From an uncultured bacterium (GTDB taxonomy: Bacteria; Patescibacteriota; JACMRA01), in assembly GCA_963704645.1 (NCBI GenBank), contig OY969926.1, positions 1,202,569-1,266,568 of the forward strand: 64,000 nt of DNA, in the 5' to 3' direction. Position numbers and translations under genes: made by a program. Position 1 is the stretch's first letter; each line of letters opens with the position of its first letter. Below, piece after piece: positions 30,993 to 40,051 of the stretch. The notes below the pieces were generated by a model. That model was not told the origin of the DNA. It made no database searches and saw only the letters and a program-made list of their open reading frames with translations.

Positions 30993-32765
30993 TTACTCAA
31001 CTCTACCAACCTGCCCAGTATACCTAACTAACTTAGGAATCCAGATTGTGCCAATAATAGCAATATAAACAACTAAAATTAAAATGTTTAGCCAGGTGGT
31101 TAAAATAAATAAATTTATTAGGGCAATTAAGGTTCCTATAAATAAAATTCCTGGTGATAATTTTGCAAAAATAAGTTTAATAACAAACCATACTTGAGCC
31201 ATAATTTGAATATATTTGTTGTCTATTTCTGGTCTTAGTGTTTGACCTAAAAATACTGCAGGTCTAGTTTCTGGCATTATTACATTTTCATTATAACTTT
31301 TTCCATTATCTACAAAATGAATTTCGTAAGAACCAGGTTCAACTTTAAATATATATTCACCATCATTTTCTGAATAATATTCAGCTTCTTTTAATAAACT
31401 AACTAAATCAAATAATTCCACTTTTGCACCTGCTACAGCCTTACCATTTGAATTTAAAGCATAGCCTCTAATTTCTCGTTTTTTATCTGATAGAAGAAGG
31501 TTCAGAATAGCCAAAGATAGTACGAACAAACTTAGGAAAGAAAAATACTGCAAAGCTTTAAGCGAGGCTTCTAAACTTTTAATTGCATTTAAATTTCCAA
31601 AAACAGGTTTAGATAAAAAATCATTTAGAAAAGAACTTTCCCAGGGTGTAGCCGATAGTAAACTGTTGGCAGATTTTTCTTCTTCAAATTCAGCCCTAAG
31701 CTGACTCATTTCTTCTGGAGAATATCCACCTGTTCTAATGGTTGAACCTCCTGTTGAAGGTAGCACATTTCCACCATTACTTCCGCTACCTCCAATACCA
31801 CTCCCCCCTACTCCTGTAGCACCATTTGGATTTAAAAAGGCTGGGCAAATAATTTGCTGGGCAATAGTTGGAGGAATATTAAAAACAATCTGATTATTTG
31901 AAGCATTATTTACTAGATCTTGAGTAATTACTCTTACCGTACTTGCTGCATCGGTTGGAATTGTATTCCTTGGGGTTATAACAAAAGTATAATTTAAATT
32001 TGAACCAGTGTAACTAACAGCAGAATCTGAGGCTAAATATTCATCGTTGTTAATATAGAATTTTGTTTTGCTTAAATCTACACCTGCTTGATTATCTGTA
32101 ATTTGAATAGTTACTTTAGAATTTGCAGCCACTCCGGTATCGTAAGCTTTTGGGGTTTGGTTAATAATTTTAGGCGGCTCTTTGTCTGCTTGGCAAAAAT
32201 CGGTTTTAAATGTGTAGCTTCCATTTCCAACAGAACTTAGTAAATCGTCACTTGTGGAAGAATCGGCTATATTACTGTCTAAAGTAGCCCCTACTCCGCT
32301 AAACTTAATTTGAAAACTGGTTGAAGTAACTCCAGGTTTACTTTGAAATTCAATGGTAGCAAAAGTTTTTCTGGAAGTTAAATTTCCCACAAAAGAGGCA
32401 CCAGCTAAACGAATGCGGCTTAAACTAGAATTTACATCGTTTCCAAAATAAGTTTCGTAGGCATTCCCAGCTTTAATTTGTATTCCAGGAATAGATGAAT
32501 CTGAGTCTAAAATATCTATTTCATTAGGGTTATATTGCACTTCAATATCTGCGGCGTTTGAAGTTTGGCCTGTAGCATTTGCGTCAATATTTAACCCTGT
32601 CTTACAACCTGCTAATAATTGTCCAGAAGTTGGATTAAAATCAAAACTTGCAGCACTAACAAACAAGCTTGAACAACTAAGAATTCCTAGAAATAGACCA
32701 GAAACAGCCAAACCTATGGACGCAGCTTTAGGCCTTAAGATTTGAATGTTTTTTAAAATGGTCAT
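30993..32765 (-). CDS. Surface protein: signal peptide, cohesin-like domain, Ig-like domain, internal LPSTGG/IRTGG motifs, TM segments, CarboxypepD_reg-like domain
   Basis: It has a signal/TM segment at the N-terminus. 'FDFNPTSGQLLAGCKTGLNIDANATGQ..ADIEVQYNPNEIDI' is cohesin-like (tentative). 'DKEPPKIINQTPKAYDTGV...VTIQITDNQAGVDL' is Ig-like. 'IRGYALNSNGKAVAGAKVELFD...NDGEYIFKVEPGSYEIHF' is carboxypeptidase-regulatory-like. The C-terminal part has TM helices. Confidence 0.6.
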   Translation of the reverse strand: MTILKNIQILRPKAASIGLAVSGLFLGILSCSSLFVSAASFDFNPTSGQLLAGCKTGLNIDANATGQTSNAADIEVQYNPNEIDILDSDSSIPGIQIKAGNAYETYFGNDVNSSLSRIRLAGASFVGNLTSRKTFATIEFQSKPGVTSTSFQIKFSGVGATLDSNIADSSTSDDLLSSVGNGSYTFKTDFCQADKEPPKIINQTPKAYDTGVAANSKVTIQITDNQAGVDLSKTKFYINNDEYLASDSAVSYTGSNLNYTFVITPRNTIPTDAASTVRVITQDLVNNASNNQIVFNIPPTIAQQIICPAFLNPNGATGVGGSGIGGSGSNGGNVLPSTGGSTIRTGGYSPEEMSQLRAEFEEEKSANSLLSATPWESSFLNDFLSKPVFGNLNAIKSLEASLKALQYFSFLSLFVLSLAILNLLLSDKKREIRGYALNSNGKAVAGAKVELFDLVSLLKEAEYYSENDGEYIFKVEPGSYEIHFVDNGKSYNENVIMPETRPAVFLGQTLRPEIDNKYIQIMAQVWFVIKLIFAKLSPGILFIGTLIALINLFILTTWLNILILVVYIAIIGTIWIPKLVRYTGQVGRVE

Positions 32766-32818
32766 TTTGTTTTTGTTTTTGTTTGTTTAAAGTTTAGTAT
32801 GTTTTGTGAATCCTTAAA

Positions 32819-33442
32819 CTAATCTCCAGTTCTATAAAAATTATAAACAGTGTTAGAAAAATCTAGAGAATTTACTTTGCCGTCACGGTTTAAATCATTT
32901 TTTTCGTCGTCAGTTTTATAAAAAGCTCTAACTTGAGTGGAAGCGTCTAAAGAATTAATTTTATTATCAAAAATATTACTAGTTTCACCCGCTAATAAAA
33001 CTCTTCCACCGGTAGTTAAATCGGACACTGTATTTTCACTATCAAAAGCCTGCTGTAAAGGAAAACTTTTGCGTAAATGCGAAAGCCCTCGAACGTAAAA
33101 ATTATAAATTCCTGGTTCTAAAATTATATTGTTAGCACAAGCATTAAAAGTAACATCACCAGCAGAATTGCTTCTAGCTTGCATAGTACCTTGAAATTGA
33201 TTGAGTATATTGTAAATTTCCACAGTTACTAAAGTTCCCGAATTGCCAGTACGTGGAATTCTTTTTTCTGGATAAACTTTTAAATTTAGCAAACACACCC
33301 TTGGAGCTTTAATTTCTAAAGTTATTGTGGTTTGACTTGTTCCCTGAGCTAAAGTGGATACAGCAGATACGGGCAAGAAAATAACGCCTAATAACAAAAA
33401 GGCTAAAACTTTGATGGGTAATTTTAAATAACTGCTTTGCAT
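32819..33442 (-). CDS. Secreted protein with C-terminal dockerin-like repeat pair
   Basis: It has a signal peptide ('LAFLLLGVIFLPVSAVSTLAQG'). The C-terminal 'IFDNKINSLDASTQVRAFY....DLNRDGKVNSLDFSNTVYNFY' contains two Ca-binding-loop segments of the dockerin type (D.N.DG.vNs.D). Confidence 0.6.
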   Translation of the reverse strand: MQSSYLKLPIKVLAFLLLGVIFLPVSAVSTLAQGTSQTTITLEIKAPRVCLLNLKVYPEKRIPRTGNSGTLVTVEIYNILNQFQGTMQARSNSAGDVTFNACANNIILEPGIYNFYVRGLSHLRKSFPLQQAFDSENTVSDLTTGGRVLLAGETSNIFDNKINSLDASTQVRAFYKTDDEKNDLNRDGKVNSLDFSNTVYNFYRTGD

Positions 33443-33540
33443 AAATGAACGTACAAAAAGTTATGCTGTACATAGTGTATTTTATATTCACTTTTTGGGC
33501 AAAAAGAAAGCCCCAATTTAGGGGGTAAGTGTAAATAAAA

Positions 33541-33858
33541 TTACACGCCTGTAATAGTACCACTGATTACTATCATTTCTTCAAAACCAAACTCTACAAG
33601 CTTGCCTAGTAAAATATATGGGTTAGCATCTAGTTTTATTTTAATTAGAATTAGTTTATGATCGCCTGAATTGCTAAGTGATGTATAAATGTCCTCTAGA
33701 GTGCGATTATTACTATCTATATCCATTACAAAAATGTCAGATTCCTGAATGAAAGTACCCATTGTTCTGCACATTTCTCTTATTTTTTTAATATATAAAT
33801 TAGAGATATAATAGTATAAACCATCCCGAGCCTGTATAAGAATAAAGTGTTTTGACAT
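33541..33858 (-). CDS. Hypothetical protein (105 aa)
   Basis: ORF only. No motif recognised. Confidence 0.35.
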   Translation of the reverse strand: MSKHFILIQARDGLYYYISNLYIKKIREMCRTMGTFIQESDIFVMDIDSNNRTLEDIYTSLSNSGDHKLILIKIKLDANPYILLGKLVEFGFEEMIVISGTITGV

Positions 33859-34136
33859 TAAAAACTTTGCACCAAATTGCTTACTTTATGTGTTTAATCA
33901 TAATTGCTATATTTTAATCAAGTCTGGACGATACTTTGGAGTAATTAAACAAAACTAAGTCTTCATGATTTTAACTTTAACCGATTATTATTTGATATAA
34001 TAATTTATATTTGTAACCCAAGTCGAATTAGAATTTTTTTTAAACTCATATGAAAATTTTGGAAAATAAAACCCCAATTAAAAAATTGAGGATAATTGTG
34101 GTCTGATCAAGATTATTTCATTTTAAAAAATTAATC

Positions 34137-34541
34137 TTATGAGCAAACTTCAACGAAGTTATTTCCACGAAAGAAATCTCTGATTAGTCTTAAAGCCGAA
34201 CCTACATCTTTACCACTTTTACCACCATCTTTTTCTGTATAATAGATACTGACTATACATACAGTACATGGTAAATTACCAGCATCCTGATCGGAAACGT
34301 TTAGTCGTTTAGATGCTTCATGTGTGTGAGGATGGTTGCTCTTAAGACAACCAGGTGCGTGGTCAGGATAGACACTGCTAAAAGGCAGGGAAGCACAGAA
34401 TTTAGCAACTATTGGCATTCCAAAAAATGGAAATAGGTAGCTTGTTTGTTTGTCTGACCAGACTTTGACAAATGGAACCACATATTCAGCATTTAAGTTA
34501 GATGTAATTGATAAAGCCGACATTAAGATGTACCATTTCAA
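34137..34541 (-). CDS. Hypothetical Cys/His-containing protein (134 aa)
   Basis: ORF with a 'CTVC' CxxC motif and a 'HPHTH' motif, downstream of ccdA on the same strand. Function unknown. Confidence 0.35.
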   Translation of the reverse strand: MKWYILMSALSITSNLNAEYVVPFVKVWSDKQTSYLFPFFGMPIVAKFCASLPFSSVYPDHAPGCLKSNHPHTHEASKRLNVSDQDAGNLPCTVCIVSIYYTEKDGGKSGKDVGSALRLIRDFFRGNNFVEVCS

Positions 34542-34650
34542 TAGTTTAGTAGATTAAAACTATCGTCTGAGACGCTGATTAAATATTTATTTGTAGGCAA
34601 GTCAAAAAACTATCGACAGGATTTTGTACGTAAACACTTGTAAATTTAAA

Positions 34651-35388
34651 TTAGGGATTATTAACAACACTATCTAAAATATTTTGCTCGATTAAAGTAA
34701 TATCAAATATGCCCATGCTTAGTAAGTTGGTTTGAAGGGTTTTATCAAGCCCTGCAATAATGCCTATTCCCACAAGTATAAATATAATTCCTAAGCTTTT
34801 CTTAAACCAACCGTTTGGATTGGCAAAAACCCTTAATTTTACAACCAGTTGTCTTCCTAGTAAAGAAATAGCCAGCATTATAGACGCAAGACCGATGCCG
34901 TAAATAATTATATAAACTAAACCTTCAAAGAAACTAACTGGCAAAATAGTTGCAATAATTAGAAAATAAGTTGGACTACAACTTGCAAAAACTGGGCCTA
35001 AAGCAGCTCCAACAATTAGCGATCCTAAAGGGCTATCTTTCTGACTAGCTTTGTCTAAATTTTTATCAGCAGCACCCGACAAATTTAATTTAATTGAAAT
35101 ATTATTCCATAATTCAGGGAAAATATATATTAATCCAAAACCAATTATTATTCCCCCAGAAATATACTTCCAGAAATTTGGGTCAATAGAAATTAGTAAA
35201 GTAGTTGCCTTCAACAAAATTGTGAATATTGTTATAGATATTACCAAACCTAAAGTTACTAAATACGGCTTCCACCAACTTTTAGCAGATACTGAACTTC
35301 CAATAATTATTGGCAATAAGGGCAGCACACAAGGTGCTAGAACAGTAAGAATGCCCGATACAAAAGATACTGCAGCAAGTGAAAACAT
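34651..35388 (-). CDS. ccdA: Cytochrome c biogenesis / thiol-disulfide transporter CcdA (DsbD transmembrane family)
   Basis: 'LAPCVLPLLPIIIG' and a second 'FASCSPTYFL' are the two conserved Cys-Pro motifs. It is a ~6-TM hydrophobic protein of 245 aa. Confidence 0.85.
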   Translation of the reverse strand: MFSLAAVSFVSGILTVLAPCVLPLLPIIIGSSVSAKSWWKPYLVTLGLVISITIFTILLKATTLLISIDPNFWKYISGGIIIGFGLIYIFPELWNNISIKLNLSGAADKNLDKASQKDSPLGSLIVGAALGPVFASCSPTYFLIIATILPVSFFEGLVYIIIYGIGLASIMLAISLLGRQLVVKLRVFANPNGWFKKSLGIIFILVGIGIIAGLDKTLQTNLLSMGIFDITLIEQNILDSVVNNP

Positions 35389-35391
35389 AAA

Positions 35392-35976
35392 TTAATTGAT
35401 GAAGTAATTGTTAATTTTATCTACAGTACTTAGGCCAAATGTTTTCTTAATTAGATTACCATTTTCATCTACTTCAACAAAAGTATGTTGGAAAGTAACT
35501 CCGTACTTTTGTTTCAAGCTTGTTTCTTTGTCATAGTCTGCACTTAATAAAATCAATTTTGGATCTATCTTAGATAAATTAGAATTTATGTCTTTAACTG
35601 CCGCTTGGCATGTTGAACACCATGAGGCATTAAAAAATATAACCACTTTTTTTCCATCTTTTGCATTAGATAAAAGACTTTGGTCATAATTTTGGTAGGT
35701 TCCAGAAGTAACAACAGGTTCAGACATTTTATCTCCACTATTTTCCATAGCAACAGACATAGCGTCTTTTGGACTATCTTTGCTCATTGCAGTTTCTTGC
35801 ATCATTTTAGAATCATCATTTTTATTTAATACTAAACTTGTCTCCGTTTTCTTTTTTTCTTCAATAGAATTGCTATACCCATAAAGTGCAAAAGCACCGC
35901 TTACAATAATTAAACCTGCAACTATAGCAGTAATAATTAAATTATTATTTTTAGAATTGTTGTTTGTAGTTTGCAT
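35392..35976 (-). CDS. Membrane-anchored thioredoxin-fold thiol-disulfide oxidoreductase (TlpA/ResA-like)
   Basis: It has an N-terminal TM anchor and the active site 'FFNASWCSTCQAAVKDI' (WCxxC). Its stop is 4 nt upstream of the ccdA start. Confidence 0.8.
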   Translation of the reverse strand: MQTTNNNSKNNNLIITAIVAGLIIVSGAFALYGYSNSIEEKKKTETSLVLNKNDDSKMMQETAMSKDSPKDAMSVAMENSGDKMSEPVVTSGTYQNYDQSLLSNAKDGKKVVIFFNASWCSTCQAAVKDINSNLSKIDPKLILLSADYDKETSLKQKYGVTFQHTFVEVDENGNLIKKTFGLSTVDKINNYFIN

Positions 35977-36031
35977 AGATATACTGATTTATATTCAGCT
36001 CGTATTAAATTTAAAGTATTTTAAACTGTCA

Positions 36032-36045
36032 ACCCTAGGGGGGTA
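36032..36045. promoter_or_regulatory. CsoR-family operator-like GC-rich pseudo-palindrome
   Basis: ACCCTAGGGGGGTA lies in an otherwise AT-rich divergent intergenic region and abuts the -35 box. It resembles the known CsoR operator core TACCC-N4-5-GGGGTA. Confidence 0.5.
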
Positions 36046-36049
36046 TAGT

Positions 36050-36079
36050 TTGACATATTACATTAAATACAGTTAATAT
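36050..36079 (+). promoter_or_regulatory. Sigma70-type promoter of the CsoR-family gene
   Basis: TTGACA (36050-36055), an 18-nt spacer and TAATAT (36074-36079), 20 nt upstream of the ATG at 36100. Confidence 0.5.
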
Positions 36080-36099
36080 ATTTTAACAATAAATAAAAT

Positions 36100-36393
36100 A
36101 TGATATTTAGAAAACAAACTAAAATAGTTGGTAAGCACTTTATACTTTCTGAAAAAGATAAGCAAACAATAGTTTCTTCAATTAAAAAAATAATTGGCCA
36201 GCTTGAAGCAATTAAAACCGATGTTCAAAATGACAATGCCTGTGACGAAACTTTGGTACAAATTATGGCCGCCAAAGGAGGTGTAGAAAGTATGGGAAGA
36301 AACCTTGTAGGAAAAGGTATTTTAGATTGTCTAAACCAATATTCAAGGGAAGAACTAGAATTAGTAGTTAAAAATTTGTTTAAGTTAGATTAA
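36100..36393 (+). CDS. CsoR/RcnR/CstR-family (DUF156) metal- or persulfide-sensing transcriptional repressor
   Basis: 'IKKIIGQLEAIKTDVQNDNACDETLVQIMAAKGGVESMGRNLVGKGILDC' aligns with CsoR 'RIEGQ.RGi.rMv.eDrYCiDiLtQ..A...AL......ll..Hl.hC'. The two Cys are exactly 29 residues apart, as in M. tuberculosis CsoR. Confidence 0.85.
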   Translation: MIFRKQTKIVGKHFILSEKDKQTIVSSIKKIIGQLEAIKTDVQNDNACDETLVQIMAAKGGVESMGRNLVGKGILDCLNQYSREELELVVKNLFKLD

Positions 36394-36532
36394 AAGAAAA
36401 TAGTATAGAATTAGATTTATTTGAAAAAGAAAACCTATCAATATTTAGATTAAAATTTCTTTGAGACTAATTAAACTAAAAAGTGTAAAGTAATTTTTTG
36501 AGTAAAAAGAATGCCCCATTTTTTGGAGCTAT

Positions 36533-36871
36533 TTAAACTGGAATATAGGTCTGGCAATCGCATTTCTTATTATCTAGAAGATGTTTTAGAAATTCAATAA
36601 CAACATTTATAACAATTTCATCGTTAGGTGAGTTTAACTTAAATGATACTACACTTAAATCAGCCCAACTATCAGCTTCAAGAATTTGGCATATGTCTTC
36701 AATATAACTATTCAATTCTTGAACATCAAAATACTTTGGTTTAACTTCATAATATAAAATTAATCTATCGTATTCTTCCTCTATTAAATACCAATGATAG
36801 CAACTAAAATATAATTCTATAGTACTTGCTTTTGAGTTAAACATTCTTACAATCGCCGGTGGATTATTCAT
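36533..36871 (-). CDS. Hypothetical protein (112 aa)
   Basis: ORF only. Confidence 0.4.
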   Translation of the reverse strand: MNNPPAIVRMFNSKASTIELYFSCYHWYLIEEEYDRLILYYEVKPKYFDVQELNSYIEDICQILEADSWADLSVVSFKLNSPNDEIVINVVIEFLKHLLDNKKCDCQTYIPV

Positions 36872-36957
36872 TTTTTTATTTACGAAATGTTACTATTTAT
36901 ATTCACAATAGTTTTAAATTATTTATCAAGCCCTAGACAATATTTTTAAGTAGTCAG

Positions 36958-38082
36958 ATGTTCATTATCATGAAACAAAACATTTTTCTTTTAGCTGGAA
37001 GAACAGGTGGACCGCTTTTGCCAATTCTGGCTGTTGCAAAAAATTTACAAAATGTTGAGCCAATAATTTTAGGAATCCAAGGTGGTTTTGAAGAAAAAGT
37101 TGCTGAACAAAACAACTATCAAATTCATTTTCTACCCGAGGCCAAATTTGGTTTTTTAAGTTTTAAAAAGAAAGGTATATCAGATTTTTTACTTGGAATT
37201 TGGGATGCAATTCTAGCTATTATAAAATTAAAGATTGCTTTTATAAAATCAGTTTATTTATTATTAAAATATAAACCAAAATTAATATTAAACGCAGGAA
37301 GTTTTCTAGCTGTTCCGGTAATATTTGCAACTCAGTTGACTAACTTTTTAAGACTAACCAAAACTAAAATTGTTATACATCAACAAGACCCTTTACCAGG
37401 ACTTGCTAATAATTCAACAATAAAATTTGGAGATGTAAACACAGCAGTTTTTGAATACACGAAAAACAATTTCCCAAAGTTTAAAAATGTGGAAATTATT
37501 CCTAATCCTGTTAATTTTGAAGCTTTTGACGAAGCAAGCCAGCGTGACTGGAAAGATGGAAAACTTGAAAATTTCTTCAACCAAGTTTCTAAACCAATTT
37601 TTCTAATTTTTGGAGGTGGAAGTGGCTCGCTGGATATTAACAATTGGGTTGTAAACAATTCAGATAATTTACTTAAAAATTTTAAAATTATTCACTTAAC
37701 AGGAGTGCTGCAAACCATAACCCTAAAGGAGATACAAGACCCAAGTTATTTAAGACTAGATGCTGTTTTAGAAGATATGCCAAAACTATTACAAAGTGTA
37801 AATTTAGTTTTATGCAGGGCTGGAATGGGTTCAATAACCGAGCTAGAATATATAGGAAAAAATTCTTTTCTAGTTCCATTGCCTAACTCTCATCAGGAAG
37901 TTAATGCCCAACAGGTTAAAGACAAATTTATTATTTTGGAGCAGAAGAATATGGATACTTGGTTGGAAACTATTTTAGAAGACTTTCCTTCAAAATTCAA
38001 AAAAATAGAATCAAATCATCAAGCAGAAATTAAAGAAAAATTACAACACTATTTCCAAAAAATTCAAAGTTTGTTAGATTAG
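36958..38082 (+). CDS. MurG-like GT28 glycosyltransferase
   Basis: 'LLAGRTGGPLLPILAVAKNL' compares with the MurG G-loop GGTGGHvfPalAvA. The C-terminal 'LVLCRAGMGSITELEYIGKNSFLVPLPNSHQEVNAQ' compares with MurG 'v.cRaGa.TvsE....G.P.i.vP.p....HQ..NA'. The alternative start at 36970 (MKQNIF) is equally plausible. Confidence 0.7.
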   Translation: MFIIMKQNIFLLAGRTGGPLLPILAVAKNLQNVEPIILGIQGGFEEKVAEQNNYQIHFLPEAKFGFLSFKKKGISDFLLGIWDAILAIIKLKIAFIKSVYLLLKYKPKLILNAGSFLAVPVIFATQLTNFLRLTKTKIVIHQQDPLPGLANNSTIKFGDVNTAVFEYTKNNFPKFKNVEIIPNPVNFEAFDEASQRDWKDGKLENFFNQVSKPIFLIFGGGSGSLDINNWVVNNSDNLLKNFKIIHLTGVLQTITLKEIQDPSYLRLDAVLEDMPKLLQSVNLVLCRAGMGSITELEYIGKNSFLVPLPNSHQEVNAQQVKDKFIILEQKNMDTWLETILEDFPSKFKKIESNHQAEIKEKLQHYFQKIQSLLD

Positions 38083-38184
38083 AATTAAGGTTTGGTGGGT
38101 GTAATTCTTTTTTGTAAATACAAGTACTTTTTTCCAATTAGCATTATTAAATATAAGGTGGAAAATAATTTGGATAGTACTGAC

Positions 38185-38212
38185 ACAAAATCCCTAATGG
38201 AGACACGGAGGT
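38185..38212 (-). repeat. GC-rich hairpin element, TGTAG family, copy 3
   Basis: The minus strand reads TGTAGCGGAGACctccgtGTCTCCATTA. Its flanks (TGTAGCGGAG...CTCCATTA) are identical to copy 4 at 47839-47865, and the inner stem bases are compensated. Confidence 0.6.
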
Positions 38213-38246
38213 CTCCGCTACATAAACTATTTATATTATAAACTAT

Positions 38247-38717
38247 ATGCCCTACTCTATTCAAAATTTGATTGATGATTTAACTCAGTTTGGGCTTAAT
38301 AGCCAAAGCTTCGTGTTGAACCAAAATAAAATTCAGGTACCAAGTGTTACCGATTCTAATTTTCAGTTTAGACTTACTTTTGAAGTTACAGAAAAGATAA
38401 TTTTAGTTTCTACTACTCGGTTAATTGGAAGTTTGGAAACTGGAAGTTTGCCTTTTTATTTACAGGCCATGGATACAATTAATGGAACCAAAATTTTTAT
38501 TAATCCAAACGATAGTTTAAACAGAGACAACAACTGGATTTTAGAAATGGGTTTTGAAATGTTTACAGAAACCTTTCACCAGAACGACTTTTTCTTAAGG
38601 TTAGATATGCTGTTTTATAACATTGATAAGCTTTTAACTCTGGCATTAGATGAGGAAATTGTAACTATAAATGTGTTAGCCCAAAACCCAAATGCTTGCA
38701 CAGCAGAACAGGTTTAG
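38247..38717 (+). CDS. Hypothetical protein (156 aa)
   Basis: ORF only. No confident motif. Confidence 0.45.
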   Translation: MPYSIQNLIDDLTQFGLNSQSFVLNQNKIQVPSVTDSNFQFRLTFEVTEKIILVSTTRLIGSLETGSLPFYLQAMDTINGTKIFINPNDSLNRDNNWILEMGFEMFTETFHQNDFFLRLDMLFYNIDKLLTLALDEEIVTINVLAQNPNACTAEQV

Positions 38718-38776
38718 TTAGTTGCGTGCATTGCAATCTTGACAAAGGAAAAACATGAAAACATGCTTAGAAAGAT

Positions 38777-38850
38777 AGGGGTATAGTTAAATGGTATAAC
38801 ATAGGTCTCCAAAACCTGTGTCGTGGGTTCGATTCCTACTACCCCTGCCA
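38777..38850 (+). tRNA. trnW: tRNA-Trp (anticodon CCA), 3' CCA encoded
   Basis: Manual cloverleaf: acceptor AGGGGTA/TACCCCT, D stem GTTA/TAAC, anticodon stem TAGGT/ACCTG with loop ctCCAaa, T stem GTGGG/CCTAC with loop TTCGATT, discriminator G, then CCA. Total length 74 nt. Confidence 0.9.
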
Positions 38851-38870
38851 AAGCTAAGTTATTGCTAACA

Positions 38871-39881
38871 ATGCCACCCATTTCTGATATTTTAAAATTT
38901 TTTAGTGGTTTTGTTAGTTTGGTCTTAGGGGTTTTTAACACAAATAGAGTTTATATTAAATTAATAGATTCTGATAATATAAATATAATTAAAGGTTCAA
39001 AGATTTATCCTAATTACAGTCATTCAGGATACGATTTTGCCTATCTAGATTTTCAAATACAAAATACATCTGACACACAATTAAATATTTCCAATTTAGA
39101 AATAAATATTGGTAAGGCAGACTTAAATTATAGGCCTATTTTAGATTTATCTTATTCAGGCTATAATTGTTTATATTCTCAGTCTCCAAACAATGTATGG
39201 CACGATCTTGAATTTCAGTTTCTCAATAGTTCAATTTATGAATTAAATGAATTAAAAGTTGAAATAATATCAAGAAAAAACAAAAAATTACATATACTTT
39301 TAGCCAACAATGTAAAGACAATAAACAAGATTAAAAGTGGTGAGAAAATTAATGTTAAACTGTTAACGAAAAATGACATTTACACCGATATAATCTTTAA
39401 TTTATATGAGAATTTTAGAGGTGTTAAAATTGTAAGTTTGTTATTAAAGATTTCATACAAAGTAGACAATAAAATTGGCGTTATTAAACTAACACTACCT
39501 TTTGAAAATGAAAAAACAAGGAAAGATTTAGGTTTGTACTTAGAAAGAGACATTGGATTCGTTAACTATACAATTCAAAGAGGTGCAGGAGGTCCATTTA
39601 GTAACAGCGGCACTTTAGATATGGATAAAATAAAATATATAAATTCTAAACAAACACATTCTTTCTCACTAAAAGAAACTGTACCAGCAAAATCTACTAA
39701 AAATATTGCCTTTTATCTAGCAATGCCGAAACCTGTAATTATGGAAAATGTTGATTTTAAGTTTACAGGGGTAAAACACAATAGGCTAAAATTTAATATC
39801 GAAACTAATTTTAGACATTATTGTTATGAACAAATATTTAATCGGTTGGATCCAAAAATAACTAAAGGAGTTTTAAAGTAA
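38871..39881 (+). CDS. Hypothetical membrane-anchored protein (336 aa)
   Basis: The internal ATG at 38871 is used because the listed start at 38823 lies inside the tRNA. The N-terminal hydrophobic segment is 'ILKFFSGFVSLVLGVF'. No motif recognised. Confidence 0.5.
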   Translation: MPPISDILKFFSGFVSLVLGVFNTNRVYIKLIDSDNINIIKGSKIYPNYSHSGYDFAYLDFQIQNTSDTQLNISNLEINIGKADLNYRPILDLSYSGYNCLYSQSPNNVWHDLEFQFLNSSIYELNELKVEIISRKNKKLHILLANNVKTINKIKSGEKINVKLLTKNDIYTDIIFNLYENFRGVKIVSLLLKISYKVDNKIGVIKLTLPFENEKTRKDLGLYLERDIGFVNYTIQRGAGGPFSNSGTLDMDKIKYINSKQTHSFSLKETVPAKSTKNIAFYLAMPKPVIMENVDFKFTGVKHNRLKFNIETNFRHYCYEQIFNRLDPKITKGVLK

Positions 39882-39947
39882 ATGGGTCAATAGTATGACC
39901 AGAAATGCCTATTTAAAGGGGCAATCTACGGTAAATATTTAGAAATA

Positions 39948-39955
39948 GAAAAATT
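39948..39955. repeat. Target-site duplication (left), AAAAATTA
   Basis: An identical 8-mer directly flanks both terminal inverted repeats of the IS (partner at 41014-41021). Confidence 0.7.
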
Positions 39956-40051
39956 AGAGTTAATAACCAAAAACTATCACTTAAAAACTCCACTTCTGTT
40001 GATTAAATAGATATATTATGGCATAATAACTTAAACACTCCAAGTTTTTGT

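Noticed and set aside
35051-35395. Plus-strand 114-aa ORF antisense to ccdA. The same applies to 47773-48090 (antisense to the HAD gene), 45132-45512, 49026-49235, 52829-53017 and similar ORFs.
   Set aside because: Each lies opposite a gene with clear family motifs. These are typical antisense artefacts of AT-rich DNA.
38714-38941. The minus-strand ORF 38714-38941, and the first 16 codons of the plus-strand ORF 38823-39881.
   Set aside because: Both overlap the well-folded tRNA-Trp (38777-38850). The downstream CDS was re-started at the ATG at 38871.
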